The notes under the pieces: generated by a model
What the model was told of the DNA's origin: nothing
Seen by the model: only the letters and a program-made list of their open reading frames with translations
Database searches by the model: none
Position numbers and translations under genes: made by a program
Source of the DNA: Candidatus Saccharimonadales bacterium
GTDB taxonomy: Bacteria > Patescibacteriota > Saccharimonadia > Saccharimonadales > UBA10212
Assembly (NCBI GenBank): GCA_035717985.1
Contig: DASTHW010000016.1
Coordinates: forward strand, 1,859-65,858
DNA: 64,000 bases
Reading direction: 5' to 3'
Shown here: positions 7,772 to 17,168 of the stretch, in pieces
Numbering within the stretch: position 1 is the first letter of the stretch
Layout of the letters: the number at the start of each line of letters is the position of its first letter

Positions 7772-10700
7772 ATGAACCAAAAATTTGAGGCGGCCTGGCG
7801 CCAGCTTAACCCTAAGCAAAAGCAAGCTATTAAACTCTTAGACGGCCCGGTTTTAGTGGTGGCCGGCCCTGGCACCGGTAAAACCCAGCTTTTAAGTATG
7901 CGGGTGGCCCATATCTTGCGCGCCACCGACACCAAGCCGTCCAATATTTTATGCCTGACTTTTACCAATAAGGCCGCCGTCAATATGAAAGAGCGCATCA
8001 TCACGTTGGCCGGTCCGGCCGGTGCCAAAGTGCAGGCTAGCACCTTCCATAGCTTTTCGGCTGAGATTATGAGTCTTTACCCGGACTATTTTTGGAATGG
8101 CGCCCGGCTGTCTACGGCGCCTGATTCCATCCAGCTGGACATTATTGAATTAATCCTAAAAAGACTGCCGCTTGATAACCCGCTGGCTCTAAAATTTGCC
8201 GGCAAATACACGCTGTTGTCCGATGTTCAGCAGGCTATAAAATTAACCAAAGAAGCCGGTTTAACACCGAAGGGCTTGCGCCTGATAATTGAAGCCAACC
8301 TAGCCTACTTAGATGTAATTGAAAGTCCGCTAACCAAGATTTTAAACAAAAAACTGAGCCCCCGGACCTTGCCGGCCCTGCGAGAAGCCGTCAATAAACT
8401 GCCAAAACAGGAAATTAATCAGTTTGTCTACCCGCTGACGTCACTGTCCAGCGTACTTCTTGAAAGCCTGGACGCCGCTATTAGCCAGGACGAGGACACC
8501 GGTAAGTGCGCCAATACCAGTAAATGGAAGAGTCGGTGGATGCAAAACGAGCGCGGCCAAAAGGGTACGCATAAAGAGCGGGCCAGAAATCTATGGTGGC
8601 TGGAGCTAGCCAGCCTTTACGAACTCTATCGAGACGAACTACACCAAAAAGGTTTTTATGATTACGCCGACATGTTAGTAGAAGTCATCGCCCAGCTGGA
8701 GGCCAAACCAGACCTGCTAGCCGACATCCAAGAGCGTTTTAACTACGTTTTGATTGACGAATTTCAAGACACCACGCCGGCCCAAATGCGCCTGGCGCAC
8801 CTTGTGTCCGGCCGGTTTGGCAATGAGGGCCGGCCCAACTTAATGGTTGTTGGCGATGACGATCAGTCAATTTTTAAATTTAACGGCGCCGAGCTAAATA
8901 ATATGCTGAGATTTAAGGAGGCTTACCCTGGTACTGAAATTATCATTCTGACCGGCAATTACCGCTCTACCCAGAAAATACTAGACACCGCCGAAAAGAT
9001 AATCGACCAGGCTGAAAGCCGGCTAGTCAACAGCGATCCCACGCTGATTAAAAAATTAAAAGCGCTAAATCCGCCGGCCGGGGCCAGCCAAATTGCCGCT
9101 AGGGCCTACCCGTCTCAGGAATTAGAGATGTCGGTCACGGCCCGCCAAATTAAAAAGGCCTACAAACCGGGCAGGGAGATTGCCGTGCTGGCCCGCGGCC
9201 ACGACAGCTTAATTAAAATGGCCGGCCTACTGAAAGCTATCGATGTACCTGTACGCTATGAGCAGGCCAGCAATATCTTGGAGCATGAGATTATCAATCA
9301 GGTTTATCTAATAGCTAAGCTGATTTCAGCCATCTCAGTCGGGGACCAGCGGGCTAGCGATTTAATCCATCAAATCATCCGCTGGCCGGCCTGGGGACTC
9401 CAGCCCACCGAGCTTTGGGAACTGGCTACCGGGAATTATCCAGATAAAAATTGGCTAAGATCGCTAATTAACAGCGAGCGGCCGCAGTTAGCCCAAATCG
9501 GCCAGTGGTTTATGGATCTAGCCGCCCAGGCCGACAATCAGCCGCTTGCCATTACTATCGAGCAAATTTTGGGCCTCAGGCCCACCGGCCAGTTCACCTC
9601 GCCGGTCAAAGACTATTTTGCGTTAGCAAGCCGCGCTTACACTAACCGCTATTTTCACGGCCTATCGGCTATCCAGCTACTGCGGGCCATGGTGCACGAA
9701 TTTAGCGCCGGCAGTGAGCCAACCGTAAATGACTTAGCCCGCTTTATTGAAGTTAATAAAGATAATCAAATAATCGTAGCCGACGAGTCGCCATTTATTA
9801 CCGGCGAGGGCGGCGTCCACTTACTAACTGTTCATAAGGCCAAGGGGTTGGAGTTTGACGAAGTCTATATCATTGACGCCATAGAGGATAATTGGCGGGC
9901 CAAAAGCGAGCGCCGAAAGCCACCAGCCAACCTGCCTCTGCGCCCGCCTCTGGATGACTTTGATGATTATGTGCGGCTAATGTACGTGGCTGTTACGCGG
10001 GCTAAATCCTCACTATTTATTATCGCTCACTATCAAGATCACAGCGGCAAGGATGTGGCGCCATCGGCTATTGCTCAGGCCGCTGTGGCGTTTAAGCGGG
10101 AAACTGAAGACGATCCTAAAAAGCTGATAACCGTTCTGGAAGAGAATCTACGCTGGCCGGATCTTGCCGGCGGGGCCGAAAAGCAGATGCTAAAAGCCCG
10201 GCTGGAAACTTATAATTTGTCGGTTACCCACCTGATTAACTTTTTAGACGTAACTCGCGGCGGCCCGCAATATTTTAAAGAGCGCGATTTGCTTTATCTG
10301 CGCGAGGCCAGAACTCCCAGCCTAGCTTATGGATCGGCCATGCATAGTGCCCTTGATTTAGCCCAAAAATTAACTAACCAAGACGGCTTTAGCCTGGCGG
10401 CCGTTAAAAAGCAATTTGAAAAAGCTCTGCGCGATGAGCAGTTAATGTCAAGCGACTACCAACGCTGGAGCACGCGCGGCGACCAAACTCTAGATAGACT
10501 ATTTAGTGATTTTAAATACCCGTTAGCTAGCGGCAGTCTGAGTGAACAATATCTGCGCGATATCCGGGCCGGGCGGGCAGTCATCGGCGGCAAGCTGGAT
10601 AGGGTAGATTCCGCCGGCGGACATCATAAAATTATTGATTATAAAACCGGCAAACCGCTTATCAGCTTTGATACCCGCGATAAAAACCAGGCTATGAGAG

Positions 10701-10981
10701 CCTATAAACATAAACTGCAGTTAATCTTTTACGCCTTAATTTTAAGCGAGTCGGGGCAGGCTAAGGCTGGCCAGATAGAAGGCCAGATGATTTACGTAGA
10801 TGCTGATAATCAGAAAGATTTAATCCGAACCTATACGCCGACTGCGGCCGATATTGATGAGATGAGGCGCCTAGCTAGCGCTGTCTGGCAGAAGATCGTT
10901 AACGTTGATTTGCCGGATGTAAGCGCCTACAGCCAGGACTTAGACGGAATCAAAGCTTTTCAGGCCGACCTGCTGAAATAA
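7772..10981 (+). CDS. UvrD/PcrA/AddA-type SF1 helicase fused to a C-terminal PD-(D/E)XK (RecB-like) nuclease domain
   Basis: Walker A VVAGPGTGKT, motif II LIDEFQDT, and GDDDQSIF. The C-terminus carries GKLDRVD ... IIDYKTGK, which is nuclease-like. The track starts at a TTG at 7769; the ATG at 7772 is more likely. Confidence 0.85.
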   Translation: MNQKFEAAWRQLNPKQKQAIKLLDGPVLVVAGPGTGKTQLLSMRVAHILRATDTKPSNILCLTFTNKAAVNMKERIITLAGPAGAKVQASTFHSFSAEIMSLYPDYFWNGARLSTAPDSIQLDIIELILKRLPLDNPLALKFAGKYTLLSDVQQAIKLTKEAGLTPKGLRLIIEANLAYLDVIESPLTKILNKKLSPRTLPALREAVNKLPKQEINQFVYPLTSLSSVLLESLDAAISQDEDTGKCANTSKWKSRWMQNERGQKGTHKERARNLWWLELASLYELYRDELHQKGFYDYADMLVEVIAQLEAKPDLLADIQERFNYVLIDEFQDTTPAQMRLAHLVSGRFGNEGRPNLMVVGDDDQSIFKFNGAELNNMLRFKEAYPGTEIIILTGNYRSTQKILDTAEKIIDQAESRLVNSDPTLIKKLKALNPPAGASQIAARAYPSQELEMSVTARQIKKAYKPGREIAVLARGHDSLIKMAGLLKAIDVPVRYEQASNILEHEIINQVYLIAKLISAISVGDQRASDLIHQIIRWPAWGLQPTELWELATGNYPDKNWLRSLINSERPQLAQIGQWFMDLAAQADNQPLAITIEQILGLRPTGQFTSPVKDYFALASRAYTNRYFHGLSAIQLLRAMVHEFSAGSEPTVNDLARFIEVNKDNQIIVADESPFITGEGGVHLLTVHKAKGLEFDEVYIIDAIEDNWRAKSERRKPPANLPLRPPLDDFDDYVRLMYVAVTRAKSSLFIIAHYQDHSGKDVAPSAIAQAAVAFKRETEDDPKKLITVLEENLRWPDLAGGAEKQMLKARLETYNLSVTHLINFLDVTRGGPQYFKERDLLYLREARTPSLAYGSAMHSALDLAQKLTNQDGFSLAAVKKQFEKALRDEQLMSSDYQRWSTRGDQTLDRLFSDFKYPLASGSLSEQYLRDIRAGRAVIGGKLDRVDSAGGHHKIIDYKTGKPLISFDTRDKNQAMRAYKHKLQLIFYALILSESGQAKAGQIEGQMIYVDADNQKDLIRTYTPTAADIDEMRRLASAVWQKIVNVDLPDVSAYSQDLDGIKAFQADLLK

Positions 10982-11012
10982 AAAAAGCTCCGGGCGTGCC
11001 CGGAGCTTTTCT
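10981..11012. terminator. bidirectional intrinsic terminator between convergent genes
   Basis: A-run, then stem agctccggg, loop cgtg, stem cccggagct, then a T-run. Confidence 0.75.
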
Positions 11013-11025
11013 CTAGAATCTATTT

Positions 11026-11694
11026 TTAAGCTTTGGCTTTGACTCTTTTAACTACTCTAGCGGGCCGTACACCTCCCCAGATGCCGGCAAACAAGATGTT
11101 ATAGAGGTTAACACCAATCAAACCGCCGGCCAGCGGGCCAACGATATAGGCGGCGTTAAAGCTCCTTAGACCTAAGGCTACAGCCGGGTTCAAAATACCA
11201 GCAGAAGCCGTAGCGGCTACCAGCACACCCACAAATAGAGTGGCGCCGATAGTCAAAGCTGACTGCAGAGAGTCAAGCTTCTTGTGTGCGGCGGCGGCAT
11301 AGCCAACAGCCACGATGGCTGTACCTACCAACTCAGCCAGCCAAACCCGTGCATCGGTGTGGGCGCCGGTCCTGGAGGCGATAGTGTGGTTAGTAAAGTA
11401 GTCATACAACTGCCAAGATGCTAGACCACCAATCAGCTGGGCAATGATGTAAGACACGCCCCGAACCGTGCTGATAGCCCGGGTGGTCCATAGACCAAAG
11501 GTTACAGCTGGGTTAAAATGGGCGCCGCTAAACCAGCCAAACAACATGTAGCTTACCCCAAGAGCCACAGCTACGCTGGTGGCGATAAAGTAAGATACGG
11601 CCGTAGTCTCGCTTAGAACTAGTGCTACATAAGTCCAAATAGCCGCGCCGAGGAACTCGGCCGCCAGAGGGCTTACTTTCGCTCTGGTTAACAT
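11026..11694 (-). CDS. MIP-family channel (aquaporin/glycerol facilitator type)
   Basis: 222 aa, hydrophobic throughout, with the two NPA boxes (HFNPAVTF and ILNPAVAL). Confidence 0.85.
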   Translation of the reverse strand: MLTRAKVSPLAAEFLGAAIWTYVALVLSETTAVSYFIATSVAVALGVSYMLFGWFSGAHFNPAVTFGLWTTRAISTVRGVSYIIAQLIGGLASWQLYDYFTNHTIASRTGAHTDARVWLAELVGTAIVAVGYAAAAHKKLDSLQSALTIGATLFVGVLVAATASAGILNPAVALGLRSFNAAYIVGPLAGGLIGVNLYNILFAGIWGGVRPARVVKRVKAKA

Positions 11695-11807
11695 TTTTCG
11701 TTTTCCTCCTTTTAGTTATACCTAACGCCCACTATAGTACCCGAGAAGTCAAAACGCAAAGCTTATTGTTACTTTTATAGGAAGTTCTAATCTGTTAAAA
11801 TGGAGGT

Positions 11808-12065
11808 ATGGCAGACACGCAAAACGTTACCATTTATAGCGCGCCGTGGTGCGCCTTTTGCCATATGGCCAAGCGTTATTTAGATGAGAAGGGCGTTAAA
11901 TATAAAGACATTGACGTCGACAGTGACTCAGCCGCCGCCCAAGAACTGGTCCGCAAAACCGGCCAGGCCGGCATACCGGTGCTGGAAATTGGCGATGAGA
12001 CAATCATCGGTTTTGACCGTCCCCGGATAGACCTGGCACTACGCGCCAACCACTTAGTCAAATAG
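11808..12065 (+). CDS. glutaredoxin-like protein (NrdH/YruB type)
   Basis: 85 aa with the redox motif CAFC near the N-terminus and GIPVLEIG, consistent with a thioredoxin fold. Confidence 0.75.
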   Translation: MADTQNVTIYSAPWCAFCHMAKRYLDEKGVKYKDIDVDSDSAAAQELVRKTGQAGIPVLEIGDETIIGFDRPRIDLALRANHLVK

Positions 12066-12104
12066 TGGCAAGCGCCGGCTTAGCTAGCCTATAATAAGTT
12101 AGCT

Positions 12105-12674
12105 ATGGCGTTTGAGGATTATAAAACCAAGAAATCGGTAGTTTTAGTTTATACCGGCGAAGGTAAGGGCAAGACCAGCGCCAGCGTTGGCCTGCTGGCC
12201 CGGGCGCTGGGCAATGGCTGGAGCGCCGCTTACGTGCAGTTTATAAAGACCTGGAACGTCGGCGAACATGACTTTATCAATAAAATTCAGCCAGTGTTTG
12301 GTAAAAAACTGCTGTTTTATAAAGGCGGTAAGGGCTTTTACGATGCCGGCGATTTGTCGGCTAAAGACGTCTCTGAGGCTGAACACAAGAAAGCGGCGGC
12401 TAGTACCTACAAGGTAGCTTATAAGGCGGCCACCAGCGGCAAATATGACCTGGTGATATGCGATGAAATCAATAATGCCGTCCATCATGGTCTAATCCCA
12501 ACTGACAGCATTGAAAAGCTAATAAACGACCGCGCCAGCAATACTAGCCTCTGTCTGACCGGCCGAGATTTCCCTAAGAAATATTTAAAATACGCCGATA
12601 TCGCTACCAACATGACCAAAATCAAGCACCATTTTGATAAGAAGTTCTTAGCTAATAAAGGCATAGATTTTTAA
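12105..12674 (+). CDS. cob(I)yrinic acid a,c-diamide adenosyltransferase (CobA/CobO/BtuR family)
   Basis: 189 aa with P-loop YTGEGKGKTSA, YDLVICDEINNAV, and a TGR motif. Confidence 0.8.
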   Translation: MAFEDYKTKKSVVLVYTGEGKGKTSASVGLLARALGNGWSAAYVQFIKTWNVGEHDFINKIQPVFGKKLLFYKGGKGFYDAGDLSAKDVSEAEHKKAAASTYKVAYKAATSGKYDLVICDEINNAVHHGLIPTDSIEKLINDRASNTSLCLTGRDFPKKYLKYADIATNMTKIKHHFDKKFLANKGIDF

Positions 12675-12739
12675 TCTACATTGACTTTGCTCTTTGGGTG
12701 GGTTAGCCAGTAGGCGTAACTTGCTTTAAAATCATTATT

Positions 12740-13585
12740 ATGGCTAAAGTGCCGGTCATGGCTGTTATCCCAGCCTATAACGCCGCTAAAACATTGCCAA
12801 AGCTGTTAGAGCAAATTTTACTTCAGGGTTATGATGGCATTTTCGTATTAGACGATGCTTCAACCGACAGGACTGTCAAAATTGCTGAAAAGTATTCTCC
12901 CCGAGTCAAAGTTATAAAAGGCAAAACTAATGTTGGCGCCGGCGCCAACCGTAACCGCATAATCGGGCAGGTAGCCCCAGACGTAATCATTCACTTTATC
13001 GACGCCGACGTACGGTTAGTGTCCAAAAATAACCCGGCCATTATCCGAGGTCTTGAGTGGAAAGCGGATACAGCTTACTACGGCGGGCTATTGCGCAACC
13101 CGGCCGGCGAACAAAATCCTTTTAACTTTGGCCCGCGGCCGTGCCTTGCCACCAGCCTGTCTTCCTCAATTCAGTACGGCCTCTGGCAGTTGTCTTATCG
13201 AGCGCCAAAACTGGCTAAAGTTTTAAGAAGCTCCCTTAATTTTTATTTAAAAAGTTGGCCCAATATTTTTAAACAACAAAAATTGCGGCAGGTTTTCTGG
13301 ACGGCCGAGTCAAATCTAATAATTAAAGCCGGCTTATTCCGGGAGCTGGGCGGTTATGATCCGCAGTTTCGCTACGGCGAGATTAATGATCTGGGGCTAC
13401 GGTTAGAGAAAGCCGGCTATAAAAGCTGGTTTTTACCCCAAGTGGATCTCCTACATACCTCGACCGACAACGTATATCTGCACATCAATGATAAAAGGAT
13501 AGCCCGGCGGCAATTAGTTAAAAAATACGGCCATACGATGTCTCTCTGGCCGTGGCTTTATAAAAAGAGATTGAATATTAAATAG
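12740..13585 (+). CDS. family 2 glycosyltransferase
   Basis: N-terminus VIPAYNAAKTL and VLDDASTD (DxD-type), typical of the GT-A fold. Confidence 0.8.
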   Translation: MAKVPVMAVIPAYNAAKTLPKLLEQILLQGYDGIFVLDDASTDRTVKIAEKYSPRVKVIKGKTNVGAGANRNRIIGQVAPDVIIHFIDADVRLVSKNNPAIIRGLEWKADTAYYGGLLRNPAGEQNPFNFGPRPCLATSLSSSIQYGLWQLSYRAPKLAKVLRSSLNFYLKSWPNIFKQQKLRQVFWTAESNLIIKAGLFRELGGYDPQFRYGEINDLGLRLEKAGYKSWFLPQVDLLHTSTDNVYLHINDKRIARRQLVKKYGHTMSLWPWLYKKRLNIK

Positions 13586-13590
13586 ATTTT

Positions 13591-13667
13591 CCGCACGGGG
13601 CGCTCCCGGCTGGGGCGCTAGCCCGTGCGGCGGTGGACGGAAGCCGAAGGTCCCTGCTTCCGTCCAC
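13591..13667. terminator. GC-rich hairpins between the GT2 gene and the islet-3 ORF
   Basis: ccgcacggg at 13591-13599 pairs with cccgtgcgg at 13622-13630. A perfect 11-bp stem, gtggacggaag / cttccgtccac, spans 13633-13667. Confidence 0.5.
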
Positions 13668-13710
13668 GTCTCGCTTTCCAGAGTGATGCCCGCTCGGCAG
13701 GGAGCTAGTG

Positions 13711-14079
13711 CTAGCGGCAATAGCTCTTATCGCGCCGGGCCCAGAGGCTAGCTTCCAGCGCCTGGCCTACCATGTCGGCCAGGTATTGGACCGTCATGGA
13801 GCTGTAGTGCTCGGGCGCTAGCCAGATCTCGAAGGGGTCCGAGTCACTGGCGGCCGGCCGGTGATGCAGTGAGCCCCAGCCGAACTCGGACTTCAGCTCG
13901 TACTCCATCTCCCGCCGTCGAAATTCATCCAACCGGTGGTCACCATTCAGGTGGACCCTCAGGATGATCGACGGCGGATGGAGGAACCGGTCCTTCAGAC
14001 GCTCCCAAGCGCCTACCGGCGGGTCGGGCTTGTCGACTTCGATAGTGAAGCCGCCGAAGTTGTACTCACGAATGACCAC
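13711..14079 (-). CDS. hypothetical 122-aa protein in GC-rich islet 3
   Basis: GTG start preceded by the SD ggaggtg. Codons are strongly G/C-ending. A 100-nt sample (13741-13840) has 63 G+C. No motif recognised. Confidence 0.55.
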   Translation of the reverse strand: MVIREYNFGGFTIEVDKPDPPVGAWERLKDRFLHPPSIILRVHLNGDHRLDEFRRREMEYELKSEFGWGSLHHRPAASDSDPFEIWLAPEHYSSMTVQYLADMVGQALEASLWARRDKSYCR

Positions 14080-14173
14080 TTGGGGGCCACCTCCTTACAG
14101 CCGAATAACTGCGTACCTTCCACAACTTGCTCTGTAAGCAGTATTATTTTAACATAAATTCTATTTTTTAGCA

Positions 14174-14776
14174 ATGACCCAGTATAGTAATGTTATGAAA
14201 TTTCACTGCCGTAAAAGCCTTAATTTAGCGATATTTATCTTGCTCTTAATTTTAATTGTAATTACGCAGTCTGGCTGGTTGGCTAGCCCGGCTAGAACTG
14301 TCAACCAGAGCCAGCCGGGCTTTTACAGCATTAGCCACTTTATAGACGGCGATACCATAGCCGTAAATATGAACGGTCAAATTGAAACTATCAGGATGAT
14401 AGGAGTTGATACGCCGGAGACTCACCGGCCCAATACGCCCGTGCAATGCTTTGGGCCGGAGGCGGCTAGCTATACTAAATCGCTGATTGGTGATAATCGG
14501 GTGCGCCTGCAGGCTGACCCGCTGGACACTAACCGGGACCGTTACGGCCGGCTACTACGCTATGTTTATCTGCCGGACGGCACAATGGTGGAGGATAAGC
14601 TAATAAGTCAGGGCTATGGTTTTGCTTATCTGGATTTTCCATTCAGCCAAAAGGCCCGCTTTGCCAGCGAGCAAAGCGCCGCCCAAGTTAAAAGAGCCGG
14701 CCTATGGGGCAAATGCAAGCCGATTGTTAACGATTACGGCGGCTGGACATCTAATCCGGCTTATCAAACTAATTGA
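14174..14776 (+). CDS. thermonuclease (staphylococcal nuclease-like) with N-terminal membrane anchor or signal
   Basis: SNase motifs DGDTIAV ... IRMIGVDTPE ... DRYGRLLRYVY. The hydrophobic N-terminus is LNLAIFILLLILIVI. The start may instead be the ATG at 14198. Confidence 0.8.
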   Translation: MTQYSNVMKFHCRKSLNLAIFILLLILIVITQSGWLASPARTVNQSQPGFYSISHFIDGDTIAVNMNGQIETIRMIGVDTPETHRPNTPVQCFGPEAASYTKSLIGDNRVRLQADPLDTNRDRYGRLLRYVYLPDGTMVEDKLISQGYGFAYLDFPFSQKARFASEQSAAQVKRAGLWGKCKPIVNDYGGWTSNPAYQTN

Positions 14777-16011
14777 TTTAGAAAATCAGCTAGTTTTTTA
14801 GTTTGGGCCTTCTCTGAGAAGGTTTCGGCCCGGCGGCGCGCCTCTTGACCGTAAGCGGCAAGTTGAGCCCGATTTTCTAGCAAAGTAGTGACGGCCTGGC
14901 CATACGCTTTTGGTTCATTTATGGCTTTTAGGCCGGTTTTTTTATTTACCAAAATGGGGTTCAGCCCCGGCTCGTCGCACCATACAAGCGGCAGGCCGGC
15001 TAGTGCCGCTTCGTTTAGCACTAGAGCTTGGCAGTCAGTTAGAGAAGGAAAGGTAAAAATATCCGCTAATGCGTAGACGGCGCCCAGCTCCTGCCGGCTT
15101 ACTTGGCCAGCAAAAATAATGCGCTCTTTATATTTACCGGCGGCGGCTTTTGCTTCTAGATGTTTGCGGTGCTGAAAATCGCCCACCAGCAGGAGTTTGG
15201 CCTTGGGCCTTTTCGTGCCAATGGTGTCAAATGATTCAATTAATACGCCTAGATTTTTTTCAATGCTCAGCCGGCCGGCATAAAGAATAATTTCATCCTC
15301 TTCAGTGAGGCCGTACTTAGTCATAAATTGTTTCTTAAATTCACTGCTAGCCGGCAGGGAATCCACGCCGGTGGGGATTACGGCAATATTTTGGGCAATC
15401 GGCCACTGCTTTAATTTTCCGGCAATTTTTTCAGATGGGGCAATAACCGCCTCAGCCCGCTCATGCAGGGCCGACAGCATGTGCCGCGTTACATAGCGGT
15501 ACCAGCCTAGGCGCTTGGGGTAGGGACCAAAGTAGCCGCGGTAAAGCTGGCCAATTTCGTTCCAGCTCATCCTCAGCAGGTACGGGGCCAAAACCGCCGA
15601 ACCCAGCAGGCCGCCAATAACAGTAGGTTTATACATGGCCCCGTATTCTTCCAGGTCGGTGCCGTAGTGGATGACGTAAGGAATGCCTAGCTGGACGGAG
15701 GCATAGGCGCCAAGCCCGCCAATATAAGAAGGAGTAAAAGCAATAATGACGTCTAAATTCAGTTCTTTTATCTTTTTTAGCTGGCGCGGCGGCCAAAAAA
15801 AACTATTAAATTGGTCTTGATAAAAAAGACCTCGCAGTGCCCGGTAGCGAATCACTCTGGGCTCGCGGGGCAGGTGCCAGCGCCAGTCTTTCGGTGCCAC
15901 TACCCAGACATCGTGACCCTCGGCTACTAGGTCGCGCCGTAAAATCTCGATGACGTAGCAAATGCCGTTAGCCACCGGTAAATAGGTGTCAGTAAAAAGC
16001 CCGATTCGCAC
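14764..16011 (-). CDS. family 4 glycosyltransferase (GT-B fold)
   Basis: 415 aa with YAGRLSIEKNLGVLI and FPSLTDCQALVLNEAALAGLPLV (the GT4 E-x7-E region). Confidence 0.8.
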   Translation of the reverse strand: MRIGLFTDTYLPVANGICYVIEILRRDLVAEGHDVWVVAPKDWRWHLPREPRVIRYRALRGLFYQDQFNSFFWPPRQLKKIKELNLDVIIAFTPSYIGGLGAYASVQLGIPYVIHYGTDLEEYGAMYKPTVIGGLLGSAVLAPYLLRMSWNEIGQLYRGYFGPYPKRLGWYRYVTRHMLSALHERAEAVIAPSEKIAGKLKQWPIAQNIAVIPTGVDSLPASSEFKKQFMTKYGLTEEDEIILYAGRLSIEKNLGVLIESFDTIGTKRPKAKLLLVGDFQHRKHLEAKAAAGKYKERIIFAGQVSRQELGAVYALADIFTFPSLTDCQALVLNEAALAGLPLVWCDEPGLNPILVNKKTGLKAINEPKAYGQAVTTLLENRAQLAAYGQEARRRAETFSEKAQTKKLADFLNQLV

Positions 16012-16036
16012 CCCTCAATGCTAGCACTCTCTAAAA

Positions 16037-17109
16037 CTACTGAGCAAATGACCGAAAGGCCGTTTGGGCGTTAGCCAAATTTTCCATAGCCGGATGATAA
16101 TGGCCTGGCCAAATTACCGTTTTAGCCACTACTAAGCGGCTGGCATTGAGCACTTTGCCGGCCAGTTTAGTCCACTCGGCTGAAGCTACACCGTCACGGT
16201 CGCCGGTAGCTAAAGTTACTGCTAAATCCTGAATCTCACGTTCTCGGACTGTATCAAGTATGCACTGGACATCACCGCCGCGGCGCATGCCATGCACAGT
16301 GGCGCCTAGGTGGGTGGAAAACCTGGTAGCTAGCCTAGTCGGTAATGTTAGCGGGCCAAAATCTGGGCCAAGGTTCGGATATTGGTTGTAAGGATTCTCG
16401 GCGGTGTATTGCTTAAAGTGGTCACTACCATGTAGCATAAAGTTCTTTCTAAAGGTGAACCACCCTTGAGCCTCCAGGCCGACTTCTTGAGCCAGGCCCA
16501 GGGCGCTTACTCTTATACTAGGAGGGGCAGACGCCAGCAGGCCAACAGCGTTGACGCTTCCTTGGGAATTACCGCTCAGCACAAAGTCGTACCCTCTTAT
16601 TAGCTCATCAACCTTCTCAGTATTTTTAACTTGGTTAAGTAGCTCGGTCCGCATAGCTTTATCGATAGCTTGCCACTGCTGGCCGGCTATCAGGCTAAAG
16701 TCTTGATTGTTTAGACTCTCTCTCTCTGTTTATCAGTCATTGCGTGGCTAGTTAAAAAAGTACCCGGAAAACTGACGCCTATTACCGCCAACCGGCTGTT
16801 GTCGTCAGCAATCAGTGCTTCGCGTAGAGCTTCAAAACCTCTGCCGGGATGATCCGACCAAGCCATAGCTTTTACCAAAACTGTTTTAGCGCTGGCCAAA
16901 TCGCCGCTAATCAGAACGCTGTATTTTGAGTTACCGCTGGTATCTTCTACTTCTATAGCTGGATGATTCTCCCGAGCTATTGTCTCCAGCCCGTCAGGCA
17001 TTTCACCGTAGTAAACCACGCTGGTTTGGGCGACTTTTCTATCTATTTCTTCACCGAGCAAGGGTTTAGCGCCATCAATATAAGGCTGAAATTGCTCATG
17101 GTTAGACAT
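16037..17109 (-). pseudogene. alpha/beta-hydrolase-like gene split into two ORFs by a frameshift at a (CT)6 tract
   Basis: ORFs 16711..17109 (132 aa) and 16037..16654 (205 aa) lie on the same strand. The downstream frame stays open upstream through the repeat (my reading: TERESLNNQDFSLIAGQQWQAIDKAMRTE). The second part has a nucleophile elbow (GNSQGS), GDRDG and GHYH. Removing one 2-nt unit would fuse the frames. Confidence 0.5.
16716..16727. repeat. (CT)6 dinucleotide repeat, (GA)6 on the coding strand
   Basis: ctctctctctct read directly at 16716-16727, exactly at the frame break. Confidence 0.9.
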
Positions 17110-17168
17110 ACTCCAACGATACCATCTTTTTATATCTTACGCAAGTCGTGATAACATTAGCGTAATTA

